The notes beneath the pieces were generated by a model. That model had not been told where the DNA came from. It ran no database searches and saw nothing but the letters and a program-made list of their open reading frames with translations. A program made the translations under genes and the position numbers. From Amphiscolops sp. MND2022 (Eukaryota), in contig OZ076409.1 of NCBI GenBank assembly GCA_964187785.1, positions 14,944,001-15,008,000 of the forward strand: a DNA stretch of 64,000 bases, read 5' to 3'. This document shows positions 10,735 through 23,656 of this stretch, one piece after another (within the stretch, counting starts at the first letter, position 1; each line of letters starts with the position of its first letter).

Positions 10735-13700
10735 ATGGATTTTCATAGCGGAAGTGGATTGTATGAATTTATTTCCTTCCGTTTAAGCAAAGAAATGAGT
10801 GACCAGCCGAATCAAGCAACACTGGAGGACGTAGAGAACAGGTCTCAACATAACGAGCAAGCTCCCGGAGCTGAAGTCTCCGGACGCCCAGTGGACACAA
10901 GGTCCGAAACCGAGTTGACCTCAACCAGCGATACAGAAAGCTGCTGGACGTATTTCACCAGGAAGATGGAGTCTTTAGGTGCAGAAGACCCAGTTACCGC
11001 CATAACTGAGGAACAATTCTCAGAACGCGATGAAGCCAGCATCAGCGATTCCGTGCCCGTCACTCGTGGGGTTAATTTCTTTGAACTCGCAGAATCCCCA
11101 AATGAAAATCCACCAGAAGTCACCTTTCTGGAGTCGTCAACAGTAGTTCGCGGGTCCACTGAGTCCGGCCCAGGACAAATGCCAGGCGAAATGACTGGTA
11201 ATCCAGGTTACAACTTGGAAACCAGGTCTGACGATAGAAGAGAAAGAGGAAGCGAACAGAGTACCACGGAAGAGTCAAATATTGGTGCTGAACGAAAAGA
11301 CTATCGGTGCAATACCAGTATTCTCCGAATTGTAGCAGATGAGAGTGCACCATCGTCATTTGGGATGTTCAATAGCAAAGTCCAACGGGCTAGCCAATTG
11401 AGCCTTTACGATCGATCTAGAACTCCACCTAGGGGGCGGGCGCAAAGGAGTCTTGCTGCCGACGCTAACACTGGTGTCGACGTCAATTCCTCCTTGAACT
11501 CCGACGTCCAGGGTGAAAGTACCAGTCAGGGATTCACCAGCGATCCTGATTCCCATCATGATTTCCAATCCTCAGTCAATCTTGCCTCCCCACCAACGGC
11601 TATCGCCATTGGAAGCAGAGACTCTGGGACCACAGCATCGACGTTTGAGTGCTTCAGTCCAGGAGCTCAGACCCTGGCAAACTTCCAACAGGAAGCCCTC
11701 AGACAGAAAAGGAAAGCCTCCAAGAAACCCAGCGGAGCCCACAAGACTTCCAGACACCCCAAGCCCTGCAAGCCAATCGGGAGAGTTATGAGACAAGAAT
11801 ACTTTGAGAGTATGCCGTGGACGCTTACCTTCGTCTCTGGGTCTATGGGTCCCAAATGGAACAAGCACAAGATTTATTGTCAAATATACAAGTGCAATGT
11901 CTCCATTCGTGCTAAGGGACCCAAAGAGATCCTGCGACACTACGCTACCGAGAGCCATCTCCGCAAAGATCAACGGTGGAGATATGAGTACCTAACCACC
12001 GGGGACCCCGTGACCAAGAGAACGCGCTATCATAAGAGGGGAAGGGACGGCAAGGTACTGACCAACTACCAAGTGCAGCTCGAACTGCCCCACTTCATTA
12101 AATCCGAGCTACTGGACATCGGGGAGAATCTCCCCTTCTACGAGGAAGCGATGACAGGAGAGGATCACATGGCGGCATCTCCCCAGAAAATGGCCCGGTT
12201 GCGAAAACATTCATCTTGGGACACTACCTCCCCTTGTCTGGAGACGTTATTGTCCTTCGCACTCTCTGGCAGCATACTGGAACTTTCGTGAACCACCAGG
12301 CGCTGTTTTGTGACATTGACTGGAGTACCACCAGACTCTCAGTAAGTATTCCCATCTACACGCTATCAGGCCAGGTCCATTGCATGGCACATGTAGCTAA
12401 GTGAATCCTATTAAGGGCTTCCTTAGGCAAAAGTACTACTAGTCAACTGGTGAAGCGCGTGCTAATTGAACCACTCTATTGGGGGTTCAACTTGACCACA
12501 GATAATTGCAGAAGTGAATTTCAGGTGTGGCTTCATCAGTTGTTCCATCAAATGATTCCAAGTTTGGAAAACGACATCCTTTATGAAGGACAACTTTCCA
12601 CCGAGTTCGAACCCCAAGGCGTGTTCCACCATCTGCACGTTCGCTCTGAGAAGGAAAACAAGCTGTGCAGGGTCTACTTGCTCCGGACGGGCCGTACCGG
12701 TGGACAGACGCCGGCTGAACTGCGGCTGCTGTCGACTCTCCTCGCGGCTATTTCAACTGAAGTTGATCTGGTGTATTGCTGTGGGGGTTCCTTCAACATC
12801 GTTCAATTGTTAGACATTTCTCCGCTGTCCGGACATGGGGTCTAGCGCCCTGCTACCTTTGATGAGATTTCCACCAAGAAGTTGATGCATAAGGACAGAC
12901 ACAGCGTGTTCGGTCGTATAGACTTCTTTTCCGTCCTCCATCCTCCATAATCTTGTTATCTCTTTGGGAGGCAGTGTTCAAAAGGAGTGGACTTTGTTTA
13001 CCCCCGAACTAGTCAAAATTAGTACCTTTTACTTTTCAGTCTGGCTATTTTCCAACTCCAGAGATTGTAACTGTGTACGGTTTTGTGGATATAATTTCGC
13101 CATTCCTCAAAAGTGCATTTTTACTGAATTCATCACTAAAATTAGTCCTGGTAAACAACTCCATTCTCCATGTTTAGGCCAAGAAGTCGAGCAAACTAGA
13201 CGTTTTCTCTGTGCCAGCCCTCTGCCAAGAGTTGATCACTCACTGGAAGTCAGTCACATCTTTTCTGTCTGCCCGTGCCGTCCCAGAGCAAAAGCAAGGA
13301 GTGAAAAATCAGGTAGGGCATTCTTCATCCGGTGTACTCACGGTCCCTTTCTTAATTTGCGCAACGAGTTCTTTCATTTTAGCCACAAAGTCTAGAGTGG
13401 TCAATCATCCACGATGATTTCTTCACCTGTCATTGGGAACTCTTCCACAAGCTAGTCCGCGATTGTTAGTAATTGACATGTTCCAAGCTAGCATATATAT
13501 TTTGTTTCTATAGGCTCAATTAATGTTGTCCTTAATAGCGTTATCACGATCTTTCAACGCATTATTCCCTTTGTGACTCCTGGTATTGGCATCCTTAGTT
13601 GTACTAGAATCTGCTGGGTAATTCCCCGTAATCAAAGGTTCGTACAGCGTTTGTTCTTTCGCTTAGATATAACCAACTTCTCTCTCAGCATCAGCGGACG

Positions 13701-14809
13701 TCGAGACCGAGGCTTCCATACATATAGACAATTATGTCTGTACCTCCGCAAGGTTGCAAAGAGAGTGGTGCTGCCGAAATCTCTGCCTTCCGAAGACGAC
13801 TTCGACGGGATCTTTGACCTGGACATCTTCGTTGCCCCTTCTCTAAGTGTCACCGTCTTCCTCAATCGGTTGAAAATCGGACCCAAGTTGGACCACGCGT
13901 GTAAACTGAAGGCAGAGGTTGAACAACACGAGAAGAAAGGGGAGAAGTCAACTCTTGAAGAACTGACGAGCAAGGCCAAAGAATATTCTGGCAGACTGGC
14001 GAGAAGCTACGTCACCCACCTCTTCAAGGAGACCAGAAGTCATTTAGACTTCGCAACTTTAATAGCTCAAGGCTTGGGAAGTTTTGATTTAGAGATTCTC
14101 CTAAAATTGCCTCTTACTCTTGCCATCAGGTGTTACAGTAAGCTGTTCACATCTTTTAGACTGCGAGGCTATTTCTCAATGGACCAGGAATTTCAAGCGC
14201 AGGAAGAATACTTGTCTTTCCTCGACGAACTTCGGGTCAAGTACTCTGAATTTGATCAGCCAATCTTCTAATTCCTGACGCTATTGACTTTATCATTGGG
14301 GAGGCGGCGTTACATGCTCGTTCATTGTTTCAGCATGCTTTGAGCTTGCTTGTCTTTGCCTGGACGAACCATTCCACCCCTTACTTGATGTCAAGTTCGG
14401 TCGTGTCAACACCGAGGACCTTACTATCAAGCTGGTCGATGTCGTCCTGCCGGTCCAGTCTTTCTTTAGTAACGTGGTAAGCTGTTTTGATACTGCCACA
14501 AGCGATACCTCCATTGCAGATATCCTTGAGCTCGAATCTACATTCGAACGGAGTGCCCTAAGTGACACATATGACCCTTGGTTGGGTTTGGATTGCTTCG
14601 GGCGAACGGAGATTCTGTCCAAACTCGATAGAGAAAGCAAGTTCCAGAGCAAGCCCAAGAAGGGAAAATCTGGCAGATAGTCGAAAATTCAGCAATGCCT
14701 CAGTACTCTCCTTTTTTCCAAGAAGCACGCACGGCCCACGCAACTTTTGTCGGAGGATGAGATTAGCCAGAGTGCTAAGAGTCTTCGTCCATGCAGTAGT
14801 AAAGACTAA
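10735..14809 (+). pseudogene. Antisense, intron-containing accessory gene of copy B (low-complexity N-terminus, zinc finger, possibly hAT-transposase-derived body)
   Basis: 518-aa ORF with IYCQIYKC...RHYATESH plus downstream fragments. GT-AG introns at 12342-12524 and 13313-13513, acceptor at 13177. Ends PCSSKD* (14807-14809). Colinear homologue in E. Confidence 0.8.
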
Positions 14810-15059
14810 TTGTACATAGTGTACATGTGGGCGTATAGTTGTATCTTTTTTATTTTGTAGATTCGATTCATCTATTTGTTGAACACCTTTCGTCCTGTTT
14901 GCAAATTTATTTAGCAGTTGTTATTTGTGGGTTTTGTATAGTACGCCACTAGGTCACTAAGACAAGTATTCGTTCCGAAAAAGAAGTCAGAATAGTCCCA
15001 ATTAAATTACATGTCCTTGAGGACAGATAACAAGAAAGGTACTTTGGAATTTAATATTC

Positions 15060-18000
15060 TGACTAGTATCTGTATTTTTTAGTGTAGTTGGGGGTGGGGT
15101 TAAGCGAAGATTGTCTTTTAAGCTCCTATGACTTTCATTGTTTATAATCGTTTCATCATTTTCACTTCCCAATACTTCGGGCACGATAGTATCGCTCCCC
15201 CCTGAGGATGTTTTATCAACAGAATTTTTTTCGTCGTCACTTTCGTGCGTCAGTTGATCAGGACGAATTCCTGCGGTCGTATCTCGTTTGGTGGACCGAA
15301 GGTCCACAACGGTCAGAATTTGATCTGGTTGTTCTGTACTGTCAGCAGCGTCGTTGGTAATTTCTGCTTGTTCGCTCGGTTACTCGTAGGTCTCGTTACG
15401 TCGGCCAGACTCAAAGTCGCCAAAGATCGTTTCCTACGTGATGACGTATAAGTCGTCTTGTGAAATAATATATTCATCGTCGGGCTGCAATTTTTTTTCC
15501 GGGTGGACCTCCTGCAAATCAGTATTTGGTTCATGTTTTCGAAGACAACTTCTACGTAAGATTTGCGTCTTGTTTGAACTGAGTTTTCAGACTATATAAT
15601 TGTTATTCGGTAAAACTATTTTTAATGATGTAAAGACCTATCCAACTAGATTTTCTGAACGGGATGATTTTTAATCCCTGATGATCTGCTATGGGTTGCA
15701 AAATAAAGCAATAGTCATTTTATTTCAAGGGCGCCTGAAACCGGTTGTTGGTATTATAGTACAGTTGGGGTTGAGTCCCAACTTGTGGTCCAGATTTTTA
15801 TATGGTATTCGGTCATGAAATATCCTTGAAGGCTCACAGCCCAGAGTCGAATAATAGGACGTGTTGTAATTGAGTACTGCCAAAGGTAGGTATTTGTGCC
15901 ACTGACGTCTGTACTCCCCTGAGGCTATCTTGAGGTTCGTTTTGAGACTGGCATGAGTCCGCTCGAGCTTCCTTATGGTCTGCGGGTGTTTTGTCGTCGC
16001 ATATTTTATCTGAATTTCCAATATTTGTGCAATTTCAGGAACTAACTTTGGAGTAAAGGCTGTTCCTTTATCGGTTATCAAAGTCGTTTGCAAAAAAGTA
16101 TGTTTGGTCAATATGTCAATAATAAACTTAGCTTTATTTGCTGCTGATGCATCAGTAACTGGGTAAGCAAAACGATAACGCGAAAAAACGTCCATGGCTG
16201 TAACAATATTTTCGTATCCTCAGCTCGGCGGGAGGTTTGGTAAAAGGTCTATTTGTTTTGCGTCTTCGGGACTTAAGGCCCACTCTGAAAAATTGAGTAA
16301 ATCGGGAGTGATTAACTCATTGCTGATTCTCCTATCTTTGTTGCATGTTTCGCATCCGTTCACCCATTTTCAAACAAGTTTGCTATCCCCGGGTAATAAT
16401 GTTTGGATCGGATTTCCTGTAGCATCTTAGCGATGCCTGGGTGTCAATTAGCCTTCCCATGGAGTGATTTAAGTAATTCGGTCACCAGATGCTTAGGTAA
16501 AAGCACTTGGTTGTACTTGACGTTTCATGTTTCATCATAGTACTGCCTGGTGATAATTTCATCGTGAATGGACATCCGGTCCAATTGACGTAGCTAATGT
16601 TGGTATCTGGTATCTTGTATCAAGATCGTTTCTTTCTGTATTTTGGGCTTAAGTTGTTGTAAAATTAACGTCGTTAATTTGTTCTATCGCCACGGTGTTG
16701 ATGTTGACTACTTTTTGAGAAGTTGAAAGTTTATGATAATGGCTGTTGTGGGAACTGAATTTTTCAAACGAGATATCCGGCAATTAGTGGATTGGGTTGT
16801 CACGTGCCTGTTCCTTTCGTTGCCAGATTTGCTTTTCCGTTTCGTCTTCGTCTTCAGTGTAGAAGATTGTTCCTCTTCGGTGACTCCTGCTGATTGGACG
16901 TGAAGTTCAATTGTCGTTGTGGGAATATCTTCTCTAATGCGAAGGATCAATGATGCTTTCGGTGAAACGTCTAAGCGTGATAAATGTTTCACGCGTTCCA
17001 AAATGTATGTGGATTGATCTTTGTTTGAAAAAAACGCGTGACCGATTTGTTGTCGGTCAGTATTATTACCGCTTAAGGCGTCCCCCAGAATATATGTCCA
17101 GATTTCTTCACGGCAAAGAATATTGCTAAGGATTCTTTTGCATGAATGGTTATTTTCAACAGTGTGGGACAGAAGGTCTTTGAGTCGTAAGCCACCGGAG
17201 CAAAAGCTTTCCTCGTTGAAGAGTATTTCTCTTGTGGATCATCCTTAATCAGGACTGTAAATCCAGCTGCCATGAAGCTGGCTTTAGTCATGAGGGCTAT
17301 TTGCTTGTTCGGTAGCGGTTGTTTGAACGCTAGTTCGCAACAACGGTCAAGAGCTTTATTTATCTCGGTATAGATTTCCAACTTACCAGGACTTTTTCAT
17401 CATTCTTTAGTAATTTAAAGAAGGGAGTCAATTTTTCTGAAAGCCTGGGGATGTAATGGCAATAGTAGTGGAGAAATCCCAGGTGTCGTTGTAATGCTTT
17501 CTTGTATTTTGGGAATTTTGTGTTTTCGAAAAAATTTTGGAATCGTGGTTGCTGCGGAAGTACTCCGACCGGAATAATTGTCCGACCTAGGAAGTGAATT
17601 TCCGTTGCACCAAAAGGGCTTTTGTGCCTTGTAAGTTTCAAGCCTGCATCTCGGATGCATTGGAAAGTAGCCCGCAAGTTTTTGATGAGTTGTTCGACTT
17701 CGCTTGCGGCAATAATAACATCGTCGACATATTGTGCACATTGATCAGCTTTGATAACCTTATCAAGGTATTTGCGCTTAAAGCTTGAAAACGCTGATAA
17801 AGCGCGACTGAAGCCTTGTGCCAATCTGCGATTTGCAAAGGTTCTGCTGGCAAAATTGAACGCCAACATATCGATCGACGTTTGGTGTGCCATCTGCCAA
17901 CAATGGTGTGCTTTCGAGCAATCCAATTTGCAAAATCGCTTTTTGCCTGCCATATGTTGAGCTGCATCTGTCAGTGTACTGACGGGATGATTGTTGTTGA

Positions 18001-19757
18001 TATAGTTGTTTGGTATAATATTGTTGATCTTCCTAAGGTCGAATAGTAGTAGTAATTTGCCACTAGGTTTCTTTTTTGCAAAAATTGGACTAGCGTATTG
18101 GTAAAATGGGAGAGTAGTTTTTGTCCGATAACGTTGTAGAAATGCCAATTTCACAAGCATGTCTTCCTTGAGGTTAATAGGCGTTGGTAGATCAATGCTT
18201 GCAATTTCATCTGGTTGTAGCATAGAATCCGTCGAATCAAAATTGGTCAGGAATTGTCGTCTGGACTCAGGGTCATCCTAGCTCTTGGAGATTCAACAGC
18301 TCTTTTAGAATGCGAACTTGGATAGGCGTATGTTGCTGCGTGCCCCCGGGGTCCTCCGGAGTGGGAAACCAAAAATTCTCATTTAAGTTGTCTGGTTTGG
18401 AAGATTTGACTAAGCTGATAACTTACAAGGCAGGGTTCTGAGGATTGGCTTGCAAGACGTGCCAGGTGGTCACCGGATCTATGTCAAATTCCATCTGCCC
18501 TGGTGTCATGACAGAGAAATTAGCAACGTGCGAACCTCTCTTGAGAGTATAAGGATGGTCAGTGAAGTTATTCAAATCAATCTCAACCTGACCCGAGGTC
18601 CAATGTGACCAATGCCGCACAAAAATCAATGTCCCTATCTTCAGTGAGTGCATTGCTCGGTTGGAGATGCCAGTAGCAGTGGTGGTGTCATCGTACATTT
18701 GTGAGGTCAACATGACTAGTTGTCTATCATTAGGGGGACTTGTAATATCCTCCTGAGTACAAATAGGCTCCACGTCGTTGGTGTACTTGTGATCCGCTGT
18801 CTTCAATTGCTTGGAGAAGAACGGGAAATTCAAAATTCCCTGTCGCATTTCCAATATGATATTGTATCGTTGTAGGAACGAAAAGCCGAATAACGGACTC
18901 GTTAGTTTCTCCAATACTACAGATTTTTAGTAAAACTCTATGTCGCCAACCTCAAATTTCAGTTCAACATTGCTATTCGGTGTTTCCAACTGCCCATTTG
19001 CTACCATTATTTGGAAATTTGGTGCTGGGTCCTCTTTGACAATTGACTGTGGGGCTAATATTCGGATTTTACGTAGAGCAGCTTCCGGGATTGCGCTAGT
19101 TAGAGCTCCCGTGTCTACAAGGCCATCTAATGTAAGATAAAATAGAGCATTCGTCGCTTGTATTCGAGTCCAAGATTGGTTGTTAGCGGTACATAATCTG
19201 GCTCTCCATTTGTGGTGACCAGGGTGTTCACAAATCGTGCTTCGACTGTGTAGTCAAAGAGACCTGTGGTCTAAAATTGTATAATTCATCCTTGCGTTCA
19301 TCTTGTGCTGGTGAAGCACAAGGATCAAGTTTTGTTTGCCAAGGGTCAAGTAGTGCTCTGCGCAAGACGTCGTTTAGAGCCCCATCGGTCACAGGATAAT
19401 CGGGTTCGATTTCTGCGTCTTGCTTGTTGAAATTTCCATAAAAGTGTAATTCATGTTGATTGTAGATTTGAATGTGCCAGTAGGGGTCAGCACGGTATTC
19501 AGGGTCTATATAACTTGGGTCGTAATCGGGTATGAATGAGAGGGGACGAATAGAGTTTGTGGTCGCGTCAAGTCCGTCGGACCTGTGGTCCGAAGTGCAA
19601 AATTGTGTAGAGGTGATTCTCATTTGCTGCTGCCAGTCAGCCGATGAGGTTTCCTGAGGTGAAGAGTAATTTTCAGTATAAAATACATTAGAGGGTCAGA
19701 AATAATTTACTGTCTGACACGTAGTTTGTCAATAAATTAGAGATGTGGCGAATCTAG
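15060..19757 (-). pseudogene. pol: pol of copy B, frameshifted (PR, dUTPase-like, RT, RNase H, integrase)
   Basis: LVDTGALTS (~19115), NNFTDHPYTLKRG, KLDCSKAHH, QYVDD, HAKESLAIFF, DVFSRY...TDKGTAFT...LERTHASLK (integrase core). Confidence 0.92.
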
Positions 19758-21052
19758 TTTTTTGTGTTTTTTAAGATAGAAGTTTAGTGTTTAATATTGT
19801 TATCGTTTTGGCCTGGGGACGTATCTTGCTATTTTGCGTCCTCCAATTTGAGGTTTTCTGCTTGAGGTGGGCTCCGGCGCCTTTCCAACACCGTTCCATC
19901 GAGTGGTTCGTTCTGCCGCATGTCGGACGATTTGGATATTCTTTCTTGGTATCCTGCCCTTCGTTGCGTTTTTGTTCCTCCTTTCTTTTGAGTTTTCGGC
20001 AATCATCTTTGACGTGTCCGGGTTTTTGCAGGAATTGCAGGTAATATTCGGGTCAATGCCGGAGATAGGAGGCCTGTTCCCGGTCGTGTTGCTGTCGGGG
20101 CAGTGAACATTGTGGGGACTGGAATGTCGTCACCTTCCTCAAGTCCATTAAGCTCCAGTTCTCGTTCCAGACGGGTACCGATTTCTTCGTATGAGGCGTT
20201 CTCCAGTCTTGCCATGTTCATTGACCTTTTGAGTTTTGGGGCAATTTGGCGTATAATAGGCCGTCTATCATCGCCTGGGCGTTTTCACCGAACGCCTTTT
20301 CTGCACCCTGATTTAAGTCTTCAAGAAAATCCGGGCAGCTTCATAGTGTTTGGATCAAATACCAGTATATGCCGTTTGTGCTTGGCAGTTGCCTGGGATT
20401 CTGGTTTGACGTACTTTCGCCGGAAGACCGCTAGAACATCTTCCAGAGTTTGCCTATTAACAGTGCTAATGTTGCGGAAAGTTTTTAGAGCTTTTTTCCG
20501 TAATGGAGAATGAAAATGACTTATTTTCATCATTTCCGTCGTTTCTGGCTGCAATTTTATCATGGTATGAAAAAGGTTTTCAAAGAGTTCAAATTTGTCC
20601 GACTTGCCATGAAACATCAGTGTAGTGGTGCTGAACGGACGTACTATCAGTGTTTGTGCTGATGATTTGCTGTTCATTAGCTAAAGTAGGAGGACTTTCT
20701 CGCTGATTATCGATTTTATAGTGTCCGCTATTTGAGTATTCAAGTCACTTTTCTTTTCATCTAATTTCTTGGAGACTTCGGAATTCACTAGTCACATGGT
20801 ATCGATGGTAGTTTCACTATTTTCTCTACTATTTGAATTTAAAAAAGATCGGTAGCAGTCGTTATTTTGTTTTATGTCTTGTCTAGGTCTGTCGGAATCA
20901 GAGTCCACTTCATCATTCATGTTTCCTGAATTGCCCTCTAACTCATTTCTTGAGTGAGAACCCAACATTACTTCTACATTTTTTATATCAAACATTAGGT
21001 CCATTTGTCGAGAGCGTCTTTCCTTTGCTTTTTGTTTTCTAGTTGAAAGCAT
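19754..21052 (-). pseudogene. gag: gag of copy B, frameshifted, with an internal deletion near 20690 that removes the LTR end and PBS
   Basis: MLSTRKQKAKERRSRQ start; fragments RRKYVKPESQATAKHK and LERELELN; ends AAAAAAC TAG. Confidence 0.88.
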
Positions 21053-22033
21053 TGGGAGAAATTCTTTTCGGGCAACAGTATATTGCTGTTTTTATTTATC
21101 AACAAACTGAACAGGTTACTATACAGTGGTCAGGTAGTTCTATTTCAACAATAGGTTCAACAGCTGGATTGCGACCGTAGGTCAATTGCAGTTTGTAGCA
21201 CGTGAATATCAGAGATGAGTATTGTCAGGTGTATAATCAATAATGGTCCTGTGATCTACGTGACCCCCGTATAAATACTTGGAAAAGCTTGACAAGAAAG
21301 CACGTTTCCTGGTGTCGCGCATCTAAAAATAGCATCGAACTAGAAAAATGTCTTTGCGGACCTTACGTCGTAATTACATCATTTGGCTATAAACAGAAAT
21401 AGTCTGGGTCGCGAACGGGTCAAACTAGTGAAGGGGGGCGTAAAGGCGGCACGGTTTTCAAGTCTCATATTTGGAATTTATATTTATTTACCAAAGTATT
21501 GGCTAGTGTAAATATTACATATACTTCCAGCTAAGGACCAGCGGTCTAAATAGCTAATGATGGAGAAGAAAATTAGCACTCTAGAACTACGCGAGAATGA
21601 ATGCTAAGCGCTGATTGGATAATACAATGGCTGAGCGAGACATCACTTCGAACGCGTTGCCTTTCAACTCTACAATTGTTTACTACTATATTCACAGCTA
21701 TTCAGCTAATTTTTGATCATTCGACATTCTGGTTTGCATGAAAGTAATACATAACAGGTGTAAGAAATAAAGATGAACTGGATTTTACATGTAAAATAAT
21801 GGGAGTTGATTTATAGGGTTGGTCATACTTAGGCAATCGGACCAGTAGTCCTTACGTTTATAAAATGTATATGAAATCAGTATATAACTACTAGGAACTC
21901 GCAAGAAGTGTATGAATGTGGACCGACTGTCCAAAGGCTTACAGCGGCAAAACTCCTGGGGGCAGTACGTAGTTTGATTGTTCGTTAGAGGTTACTTCAT
22001 AATCATTTCCATCACAGGCGGTCGTCTGTGACA
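20690..22033 (-). repeat. 5' (shared) LTR of copy B, 3' end deleted
   Basis: Begins TGTCACAGACG at 22033; aligns with 8764-7850. Confidence 0.82.
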
Positions 22034-22230
22034 CTCCCCGCGGGACGAGAACAAATGAAGCCGCCCGCATTCCTGCTTGAAATGCGTCTCTCCTGTGTTG
22101 TCTGGTCTCGTATGATTCTCCCGCTTGGTGAGTTCTTTCCAAGTAGTCAAAGACAACTTCTTCGCCTATAATATCTGCTGTTTTCCCACAGACCATACAG
22201 TCGCCCCGTTGGAAAAGATTCTGTTCCCTG
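21939..22230 (-). pseudogene. Second copy of the ORF4 C-terminus, upstream of and overlapping the 5' LTR of B
   Basis: GDCMVCGKTADIIGEEVVFDYLERTH...PPGVLPL*; closely matches 8960-8670. Confidence 0.8.
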
Positions 22231-22604
22231 AAGACTATTCTCCTTTTGAATTTGTTCAGAACTGAGCAACTTTTTTGGATATAGTTTTTGTAGATAGTTT
22301 GTCTCTTTCGTTTTTTTACCGGAATTGTATGTTTCTTGAAACAGCTTCATAGTTTTTGCCAACACGTCCTCCGTGAAGCGGGATCTCGTATCTAATCAGT
22401 TTCAAATATCTATTTAGTGTCAAAGTGATCAGGGTGGAACTTTTGTAGTTGATCAACTTGAAATTTAATAAAAATCAATTCGCTACACCCTAATGCGATA
22501 TAGTCAACACTGTAACGCGACAAATAGCCCCAGTCAAGATTGCTTGAACTTTTTACAGGCTAATTTTTTTTTACAAAACATGGAAAATTCCGGGAGCCTG
22601 ACTC

Positions 22605-22838
22605 AAAAACGTACGCGTGAAAACGAAGTGATCGCGGCGGTGAAGAAGTGGAATTGTTTTCAGTTTTAATTCAAATAGTGGAGGCTGCATTGTAATCCTA
22701 CAACATGTTTCTATTCGGAATAGAAACATGTTGTACATGTTGTAGGATTACAATGCAGCCTCCACTATTTGAATTAAAACTGAAAACAATTCCACTTCTT
22801 CACCGCCGCGATCACTTCGTTTTCACGCGTACGTTTTT
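22605..22838. repeat. Long near-perfect palindrome (112-bp arms, 1-nt centre, 9-bp duplication in the right arm)
   Basis: 22605-22716 is the reverse complement of 22718-22838 once one copy of catgttgta is removed; centre ctattc-g-gaatag. Confidence 0.95.
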
Positions 22839-23656
22839 CACGTAGGTGCCTTAAGTAATCACCGTTAGTCAAACAGCACGCTAATTCTGACGCTACGTTG
22901 AAACTTATAATGTGACTGAAGTTTATTTGCATTGAAAGCGCGGTAAAATAAATGACGGTCTCAGCTGCTTCCAAAATTAGAACTGCTTCTCAATGAAACC
23001 TGCAAAACTTTGCGGCGCAAAATTGCAGCCATTTTTAGGATGCATCTTATAGGCAGCTTGATTAAACTAAATCAAATCTTTGAAGTTTTAGTACATGGAC
23101 GTTTCTCAGAGAATTTTATAAAATCATGGAAAATTAGTTTAGTAACCTACAAAATCATGTAAAACGTTCAAGCAGTTCCAACTAGGGATGTCATACCAAT
23201 TTTTAGCGGTAAGTTCGAATCACCAAAAGAGATCTTGCGAAGTGGAAGGAAAAGGCAAATACTTTGTCCGCAACTTTTTATGAAAAGGTAGATGAACTAA
23301 ATTTCAGATGAAAAACTATTTTCTGTTGAGCGATCGAGGTCAGAAGGTGTCTCATTTTTGAAGGTGTGTTTACAGAACGCACAAAAAATATCTCAGTGCC
23401 ACTTCAACCCTTTTTCACGTCTTCATGAAAATGTTTTCGGACCTTCATCGTTCGAAAAATGTAAAGTAGTTAGTTCAGAATGTTTTCTATTGAGACCCAG
23501 AACCAAATATCGGAACTCAAAACATTTCGTAACTAGTTTTAGTGGCTATCTGTGAGCTTTTTGTTCTTCACTAGTAACAATTACAGACCGGAGAGTACAA
23601 TGGAGTACGACGTCGAATGAAACCAAATCTTTTTGGGTGATTTCTATGTCCTGGAT

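Larger units (their letters stand above)
7638..22033 (-). mobile_element. Ty3/Gypsy-type LTR retrotransposon, copy B (decayed, full architecture)
   Basis: Two homologous LTRs (22033-~20690 and 8764-7638) enclose broken gag, pol (PR/RT/RH/INT), an antisense gene and a 3' sense ORF. Confidence 0.93.

Noticed and set aside
8670..14809. env gene in the post-pol region
   Set aside because: The large gene is antisense and zinc-finger-like; neither ORF shows a signal peptide, fusion peptide or transmembrane anchor.
14792..14809. CaaX prenylation motif at the end of the antisense protein
   Set aside because: In CSSKD* the Cys is at position -5, not -4.
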